A stretch of 27,657 bases of DNA from contig JANRJP010000077.1 in assembly GCA_033763905.1 (NCBI GenBank), positions 1 to 27,657 on the forward strand. The letters run 5' to 3'. The translations under genes and the position numbers were made by a program. How positions within the stretch are numbered: position 1 is the stretch's first letter; every line of letters starts with the position of its first letter. Positions 22,056 to 27,657 of this stretch are shown here, piece after piece. The notes under the pieces are model-generated. The model did no database searches, was not told the DNA's origin, and worked only from the letters and a program-made list of their open reading frames with translations. This stretch comes from Gemmatimonadaceae bacterium. Its GTDB lineage: Bacteria; Gemmatimonadota; Gemmatimonadetes; Gemmatimonadales; Gemmatimonadaceae.

Positions 22056-23960
22056 ATGCGCTCGCGACTTCTTCCGTCCCGCCTGCTGCTGGCGGTCGCT
22101 GGTTTCCTCGTGGTGTCGTGCCGTGACGACGGGATCGGCCCGGCCGAGTTCCCTGACTTGGCCGTCGTCTATACCGACGGCTTCGGCGAGGGGGTCAGCT
22201 TCCAGGCGTTCGGCGGCTCCAAGCTGGATGCCCTCACCGAAGACGCCACCGTCCGCCGGACGGGGACCAAGTCGCTCAAGTTCACCGTGCCCGCCCAGGG
22301 GGCGGCGAACGGCGGCTACGCCGGCGGTGCCTTCGTGGCGAACGTCGGCCGCAACCTGACGAGCTACAACGCGCTCACGTTTTGGGCGCGCTCCAGCGTG
22401 AACCTCACGCTCGACGTCGCCGGGCTCGGCAATGACAACACCGATGGTGCGCTGTATCCCGCGCAGCGGAACGCGATCGCGCTCACGCCGACTTGGACCA
22501 AGGTCGTCATTCCGATTCCGCTCGCGTCGAAGCTGACGCAGGAAAAGGGCTTGTTCTTCCTCGCCGAGGGCCCGGAAGTCGCCGCCGGCTACGAGTTCTG
22601 GGTCGACGACGTCAAGTTCGAGAACCTGACGACGATCACCAACCCGCGGCCGGCGATTGCGCCGGTGTCCGTGGCCGCCGAAGTCGGTGGCACGCAGCAG
22701 GTGACCGGGCTCTCGGTCACCTTCGCCGTGGACGGCACCGACGTCACGGTGGGCGCGGCGCCCAGCTACTTCACCTTCAGCTCGTCGGCGACGAACGTCG
22801 CGACGGTGTCGTCGACGGGGCGCATCACGGTGTCTGCCGCTGGCACCGCGAACATTACCGCCACGCTGGGCACCACGGCCGCCACCGGCGCCGTGGCGCT
22901 GACCTCGACAGTGCCGCCGACCGTCGCCGCGCCGACCCCGACTCGCGCGGCGGCTGACGTGGTGTCGATCTACTCCGGCGCCTACACGAATGCCGCCGTC
23001 GACACCTGGTCGGCGGTGTGGGACCAGGCCGACGTGGCCGATGTGACGCTGGCGGGCAACGCGACGAAGAAGTACACGAACCTCGTGTTCGCCGGCATCG
23101 AAATGACCACCACGCCGGTGAACGCGTCGACGATGACGCATCTGCACGTCGATCTGTGGGCGATTGCGCCAGACGTGCGCATCAAGCTCGTGGACTTCGG
23201 CGCGAACGGCGCGTTCGGCGGCGGCGATGACTCGGAGTTCGAGCTCCCGCTCACGGCGACAACGACGCCGGCGATCACGCCCAATGCCTGGAGCAGCCTC
23301 GACATTCCGATGACGGCCTTCGCCGGCCTGACCGGTCGCAGCCGAATCGCGCAGGTCATCATCTCGGGCGCCAGCCGTACGCTGTACCTCGACAACCTGT
23401 ACTTCTACCGGGTGGCTGCACCGCCGCCGCCGCCGGCGGCGACCGAGCCGACGACCGCCGCGCCGACGCCGACGTTCCCGGCCGCGGACGTGATCTCGAT
23501 GTTCAGCAACGCGTACACCAACGTCGCGGTCGATACCTGGTCGGCGTCGTGGGACAACGCGGATGTGGCCGACGTCAGCATCGTCGGCAACGCCACCAAG
23601 CGCTACACGAACCTGGTCTTCGCCGGCATCGAAGCCACGACCACGCCGATCGACGCGTCGCAGATGACGCGGTTCCATATGAACTACTGGACGCCGAGCC
23701 CGACGGCGGCCCCAGCCGTCTTCCGGATCAAGCTGGTGGACTTCGGTGCCAACGGCGCCTTCGGCGGCGGCGATGACGTGGAGCACGAGATCACGCTCAC
23801 GGCCACGAGCTCGCCGGCACTGGCCACCGGCAGCTGGCTGACCTTCGACATCCCGCTGACGGCGTTCACCGGGCTCACCACCAAGTCGAAGATCGCCCAG
23901 CTTATTATCTCTGGTACGACGTCCACCGTCTTCGTGGACAACGTCCTCTTCCGGAGATGA
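22056..23960 (+). CDS. Multi-module glycan-binding lipoprotein: CBM-like domain, Ig-like (Big_2-like) domain and two tandem CBM-like repeats, 634 aa
   Basis: Lipobox VVS|C22. N-terminal beta-sandwich-like segment (SLKFTVP..YNALTFWAR..WTKVVIP..FWVDDVKFE), Ig-like TFSSSATNVATVSSTGRITVSAAGTANITAT, and two ~165-170 aa repeats ending LYLDNLYF / VFVDNVLF. No glycosidase catalytic motif seen. Confidence 0.75.
   Translation: MRSRLLPSRLLLAVAGFLVVSCRDDGIGPAEFPDLAVVYTDGFGEGVSFQAFGGSKLDALTEDATVRRTGTKSLKFTVPAQGAANGGYAGGAFVANVGRNLTSYNALTFWARSSVNLTLDVAGLGNDNTDGALYPAQRNAIALTPTWTKVVIPIPLASKLTQEKGLFFLAEGPEVAAGYEFWVDDVKFENLTTITNPRPAIAPVSVAAEVGGTQQVTGLSVTFAVDGTDVTVGAAPSYFTFSSSATNVATVSSTGRITVSAAGTANITATLGTTAATGAVALTSTVPPTVAAPTPTRAAADVVSIYSGAYTNAAVDTWSAVWDQADVADVTLAGNATKKYTNLVFAGIEMTTTPVNASTMTHLHVDLWAIAPDVRIKLVDFGANGAFGGGDDSEFELPLTATTTPAITPNAWSSLDIPMTAFAGLTGRSRIAQVIISGASRTLYLDNLYFYRVAAPPPPPAATEPTTAAPTPTFPAADVISMFSNAYTNVAVDTWSASWDNADVADVSIVGNATKRYTNLVFAGIEATTTPIDASQMTRFHMNYWTPSPTAAPAVFRIKLVDFGANGAFGGGDDVEHEITLTATSSPALATGSWLTFDIPLTAFTGLTTKSKIAQLIISGTTSTVFVDNVLFRR
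22917..23957 (+). repeat. Intragenic domain duplication (22917-23411 and 23448-23957) joined by a VAAPPPPPAATE linker
   Basis: Both copies share AAPTPT..AADV.S..S.AYTN.AVDTWSA.WD.ADVADV...GNATK.YTNLVFAGIE.TTTP..AS.MT, IKLVDFGANGAFGGGDD and DIP.TAF.GLT..S.IAQ.IISG. Confidence 0.93.
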
Positions 23961-25243
23961 TCGCTCGCCCGGGGGAGTGGTCACCCCACGGTGGGAGCAA
24001 CAACGTGTCATCGAACAGTCTTTCCTCTCGCGTGCCGGGGCTGACCTCCCCGGCGCGCACGGTTCCGCTGGCGGATGCCGTGCTCCGCCTGATCTGGGAA
24101 CAGAAGCGCATCTCCCGGGCGGACATTGCCCGACGCGCCGATCTCTCACGATCGACAGTCTCGGAGATCGTCGCTGAACACCTCGCCTCGGGGCTCGTCT
24201 CCGAGGCGGGGATCGGCGCCTCGCGCGGCGGCCGTCGGCCGATCGTCCTCGAGTTCCGCGACGACGCCTGCGTCATTCTCGGCGTCGATCTGGGCGCCTC
24301 CCACATCTCGGTGGTCCTCACCGATCTACGCGGCCGCGTGCTCGCGTGGGAACGACGTGAGCATCCCGTCCGCACCGATCCGGAAGGCACGACGCCGCTG
24401 GTGCTGGCGATGTGCGAGGCGTCGCTGTCGTCGGTCCCGCGGGCGCGGCAGCGCCTGGTCGGCATCGGCGTGGCCGTGCCGAGCCCGGTGGATCCGCGGC
24501 ACCCGGAGCGGCTATCCACGCTGGCGATGCCGAACTGGGGCGGCGCGCACCATCTCGATGAACTCAAGCGGCAGTTCGACGCGCCCGTGTTCGTCGACAA
24601 CGATGCCAATCTCGGCGCGCTGGCCGAATACTGGTGGGGGGCGGCGCGCGGCCTAGCCGATTTCGCGTACATCAAGATTGCCACCGGTATCGGGTCGGGG
24701 CACTTCGTCGGCGGCCGCATCTACCGCGGCTCGAACGGCTTCGCGGGCGAAATCGGCCATCTCGCCATTGATCCTCGCGGCGAACTCTGCGTGTGCGGGA
24801 ATCGGGGCTGCTTGGTCACCCTGGTGGGTGGCCACGCGCTCACGCGGCGCGTCCGTGAGCTCAGTCTGGAGTTCCCGAGCAGCCTGCTCGCGAACACCGA
24901 GCCGACCTTCACCGCCATCGAAGAAGCGGCGCTCGCGAACGACCCGGTCGCGGTGCAGGTCGTTCGGGAAGCGGCGGAGTATCTGGGCATCGCGATCTCC
25001 GGCATGCTCAATCTGCTCAACCCGTCCGCCGTGATTCTCGGCGGCGGTTTGTCGCGCGTCGGCGAGCGGCTGTTGCAGCCGCTGCGCGAGACCGTGCGCA
25101 GCCGCACGTTCGTCAGCGTCCTTGCCTCATCCGATTTGATGGTCAGTGCCCTCGGACCGCGCGCGGTCGCGATCGGGGCGGCCACGCTTGTGCTCGATGC
25201 CGCGCTCTCGGAGCCGCGGCTCTTTCCCACGGCGTCGCCCTAG
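23957..25243 (+). CDS. ROK-family transcriptional repressor (NagC/XylR-like), up to 428 aa
   Basis: N-terminal wHTH (ISRADIARRADLSRSTVSEIV) and GGRRP linker, GVDLG, VDNDANLGALAE, GIGSG, GFAGEIGH, CVCGNRGCL (Zn site), LLNPSAVILGG. ATGA overlap with the upstream stop. A later GTG start near 24005 is possible. Confidence 0.93.
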   Translation: MIARPGEWSPHGGSNNVSSNSLSSRVPGLTSPARTVPLADAVLRLIWEQKRISRADIARRADLSRSTVSEIVAEHLASGLVSEAGIGASRGGRRPIVLEFRDDACVILGVDLGASHISVVLTDLRGRVLAWERREHPVRTDPEGTTPLVLAMCEASLSSVPRARQRLVGIGVAVPSPVDPRHPERLSTLAMPNWGGAHHLDELKRQFDAPVFVDNDANLGALAEYWWGAARGLADFAYIKIATGIGSGHFVGGRIYRGSNGFAGEIGHLAIDPRGELCVCGNRGCLVTLVGGHALTRRVRELSLEFPSSLLANTEPTFTAIEEAALANDPVAVQVVREAAEYLGIAISGMLNLLNPSAVILGGGLSRVGERLLQPLRETVRSRTFVSVLASSDLMVSALGPRAVAIGAATLVLDAALSEPRLFPTASP

Positions 25244-25266
25244 CGCCGCCTCGCACCCCGCCTGAA

Positions 25267-26055
25267 ATGCGACGCTTCGTCCTGCTGTGGCCGCTGTTGG
25301 CGTTGATCAGTGCCTGTTCGACCAACCCGGTCGAGTATCAGTTGGTCTGGTCGGACGAGTTCGACGGACCGGCCGGCGCGGCACCGTCGGCGGAGAATTG
25401 GCGGTACGACGTCGGCACCGATTGGGGCAATCAGCAACTCGAGTTCGATACCGATCGCCGCAGCAATTCGGCGCTCGACGGCGCGGGACGGTTGGTCATC
25501 ACGGCACGCCGTGAAGACTTCAACGGTCGCGCCTTCACGTCGGCGCGCTTGACCACCGCCGGCAAGCGCGAGTTCACCTACGGGCGGTTCGAGGCGCGGA
25601 TGCGTCTGCCGTCGGGGCAGGGGCTCTGGCCGGCGTTCTGGCTCCTCGGCGCCGACATCGCCACGGTCGGATGGCCGCAGACCGGCGAGATCGACATCAT
25701 GGAGTACCGCGGCCAGGAGCCGAACGTCAATCACGGCTCCTTGCACGGCCCCGGCTACTCCGGGGGGCGCGCGATCACGCGGCGCTATACGCTGCCCAGC
25801 GGGACCTTCGACACCGAGTTCCACACCTTCCGCGTGGATTGGGAGCGGCGGCAGATCCGCTTCTACGTGGACGACGTGCTCTTCCACCGCGTGAACGCGG
25901 ACGACGTCCCGGGGCAGTGGGTGTACAACCATCCCTTCTACATCATTCTGAACGTCGCCGTCGGCGGCACCTTCGTCGGGCCGGTAGGCGCCAACACGAC
26001 GTTCCCGCAGCAGTTGGTCGTCGATTGGGTGCGCGTGTATCAGGAGAAGAACTGA
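25267..26055 (+). CDS. GH16 endo-beta-1,3-glucanase (laminarinase-type) lipoprotein, 262 aa
   Basis: Lipobox ISA|C, LVWSDEFDG, FTSARL, FTYGRFEAR, GLWPAFWLLG, WPQTGEIDIME (catalytic EIDIME), PFYIILNVAVGG, VDWVRVYQ. Confidence 0.93.
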   Translation: MRRFVLLWPLLALISACSTNPVEYQLVWSDEFDGPAGAAPSAENWRYDVGTDWGNQQLEFDTDRRSNSALDGAGRLVITARREDFNGRAFTSARLTTAGKREFTYGRFEARMRLPSGQGLWPAFWLLGADIATVGWPQTGEIDIMEYRGQEPNVNHGSLHGPGYSGGRAITRRYTLPSGTFDTEFHTFRVDWERRQIRFYVDDVLFHRVNADDVPGQWVYNHPFYIILNVAVGGTFVGPVGANTTFPQQLVVDWVRVYQEKN

Positions 26056-27605
26056 TGCCCCCGAAACGCCGTACGCTGCTGCAGTTGGCGATCGCCGCCT
26101 GGCATACCCGCCTCGGGACCGCGCGAACGGCCGAGTACGCGGCGCCGCCGCAAACGCTACCGCAGGACCGCATCCCGTTCTCGCACAAGATCGCGTACGG
26201 ACTGGGCGCCTTCGTCAACAACCTGCTCGCCGCGGCGGTCGGCGGAATGATCATCATCCTCAATCTCGGCTTGGGGATGAATCCGGCGTTGGTCGGCATC
26301 GTCGGCGCGCTGCCTCGCGCCGCCGATGCGATCATGGATCCGGTGATGGGCTACATCTCCGATACCACCCGCTCGCGCTGGGGGCGTCGTCGTCCCTACA
26401 TCTTCATCGGAGCGATCCTGTCGGGGATCACGTACGCGATCCTCTGGATGTTGCCGGACGGACGGAGCGAGACGTTCTACTTCTGGTACTTCCTCGTGTG
26501 TTCGGTCGTGTTCTACGGGGCGTATACGGTCTTTGCCGCACCGTGGGTAGCACTCGGCTACGAACTCACGCCGGACTACCACGAGCGCACGCGACTGATG
26601 GGCGTGCAGAATTTCATCGGCCAGATCGCCTATCTCATCTCGCCGTGGTTCTTGTGGATCATGAACCAGAAGGATTGGTTCGCGACGCCCAAAGCCGGTG
26701 CGGCGGGACTCGCGATCGCCATCGGCATCGTGTCGGTGGTCGTCGGCATCATTCCCGCCATCGTCCTGCGGGAACGATTCTCCCACGCGGAGCCGGCCGC
26801 GACCGAACGGCCGCCGGTGCCCGTCGAATCGGGATGGGCGGCGATGAAGCGCAATGCCGTCACCTTCATCAAGGGATGTGGCACGACCCTCCGGTCGCGG
26901 CCCTACCTCAAGCTTTGCGCCGCCACGTTCCTGGTGTTCAACGGGTTCATCATGATCTCGTCCTTCCAGAGCTACGTGATCATCTACTACGTGTTCGGCG
27001 GCAATCAGGAGCTGGGCTCGAAGTTCGCCGGCTACGCAGGCACGCTCGGTGCGGTCTCGACCTTTCTGGTGATCTTTTTCATCACCTGGCTCGCGACGCG
27101 CATCGGCAAGCGCAAGGCGTTCTTCGTCTCGACCGGGTTGTCGATCGTCGGCTATCTGGTGAAGTGGTTCTGCTACAACCCGCGCTACCCCTGGCTGGTG
27201 TTGCTCCCGACGCCGCTCCTCGCCTTCGGGCTGGGGGGACTCTTCACCCTGATGGGATCGATGATCGCCGATGTCGTCGACGCCGATGAACTCGAGACGC
27301 GCGAACGACGCGAAGGGATGTTCGGGTCGATCTACTGGTGGGTCGTGAAGGTCGGGATGGCGGCGGCACTGGCCGCGGGCGGCTTCCTGCTCAACGCCAC
27401 CGGGTTCGACGTGGCGCTCGGTGGCGCGCAATCGGAGCGGACGATGCTGCTGATGCGGCTCTGCGATGTCTTCGTACCCGCCGTGACGTCCGCGCTCGCC
27501 ATTTGGGCGATCTGGACGTACCCGATCAGCGAAGCCAAGGCCCGCGAGACCCGCGACGCCTTGGAAGCTCGCCGCGGCACGCCGGGAGCGCCGCTCCCGG
27601 CCTGA
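26055..27605 (+). CDS. MFS glycoside-pentoside-hexuronide (GPH):cation symporter, about 516 aa
   Basis: Start ATG 26055 (TGATG overlap, AGGAG at 26042-26046). KIAYGLG, DAIMDPVMGYISDTTRSRWGRRRPYI, ELTPDYHERTRL, SMIADVVD.DEL....RREGMF, and about 12 hydrophobic segments. Confidence 0.92.
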   Translation: MPPKRRTLLQLAIAAWHTRLGTARTAEYAAPPQTLPQDRIPFSHKIAYGLGAFVNNLLAAAVGGMIIILNLGLGMNPALVGIVGALPRAADAIMDPVMGYISDTTRSRWGRRRPYIFIGAILSGITYAILWMLPDGRSETFYFWYFLVCSVVFYGAYTVFAAPWVALGYELTPDYHERTRLMGVQNFIGQIAYLISPWFLWIMNQKDWFATPKAGAAGLAIAIGIVSVVVGIIPAIVLRERFSHAEPAATERPPVPVESGWAAMKRNAVTFIKGCGTTLRSRPYLKLCAATFLVFNGFIMISSFQSYVIIYYVFGGNQELGSKFAGYAGTLGAVSTFLVIFFITWLATRIGKRKAFFVSTGLSIVGYLVKWFCYNPRYPWLVLLPTPLLAFGLGGLFTLMGSMIADVVDADELETRERREGMFGSIYWWVVKVGMAAALAAGGFLLNATGFDVALGGAQSERTMLLMRLCDVFVPAVTSALAIWAIWTYPISEAKARETRDALEARRGTPGAPLPA

Positions 27606-27610
27606 GCACA

Positions 27611-27650
27611 CAGCAGGCGCGCCGGTGAGGGTTCGCCGGCGCGCCTGCTG
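27611..27650. terminator. Long GC hairpin after the operon (CAGCAGGCGCGCCGG-N10-CCGGCGCGCCTGCTG)
   Basis: Perfect 15-bp inverted repeat starting 5 nt after the symporter stop, extendable with a G-U pair. No U-tract visible before the window ends. Confidence 0.65.
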
Positions 27651-27657
27651 CAGTGCG

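Noticed and set aside
22056..23960. Calling the lipoprotein a GH16 hydrolase
   Set aside because: No ExDxxE catalytic motif or WPAFW motif. The true GH16 is at 25267-26055.
20572..24149. 1258-aa and 1186-aa ORFs suggesting giant S9 or permease fusions
   Set aside because: The extensions are off-frame or antisense readings of the permease and lipoprotein genes. Family similarity starts at 20571 and about 21923.
25671..26054. Upstream extension of the symporter ORF (644 aa)
   Set aside because: It overlaps GH16 in another frame. ATG 26055 has an SD and TGATG coupling.

Overview
High-GC bacterial window, almost fully coding, with no rRNA, tRNA, CRISPR array or mobile element detected. From left to right: (1) a minus-strand glycogen operon glgP-glgB-glgC-glgA-glgX (glgX runs off the left edge), whose proteins and order look alphaproteobacterial (Agrobacterium-like) and whose GlgB carries an unusual N-terminal (KPKAKAAA)x6 histone-H1/PhaF-like repeat; (2) exported hydrolases and housekeeping genes: an S9 peptidase, a GH13 alpha-amylase, an M20 amidohydrolase and an FKBP lipoprotein; (3) a translationally coupled hybrid histidine kinase-pnuC-nadR (HTH-less) unit; (4) an APC permease plus DPP-IV-like S9 peptidase; (5) a beta-1,3-glucan (laminarin-type) utilisation operon made of a multi-module glycan-binding lipoprotein, a ROK repressor, a GH16 lipoprotein and a GPH/MFS symporter. 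This last operon is preceded by a TTGACA-N17-CAACCT promoter overlapped by a 23-bp ROK-type operator with perfect 9-bp arms, and is followed by a strong hairpin. The overall gene style suggests a Gemmatimonadota-like host, which is inference only. Family calls come from motifs read in the translations and from recalled homologue sequences. No database search was run.
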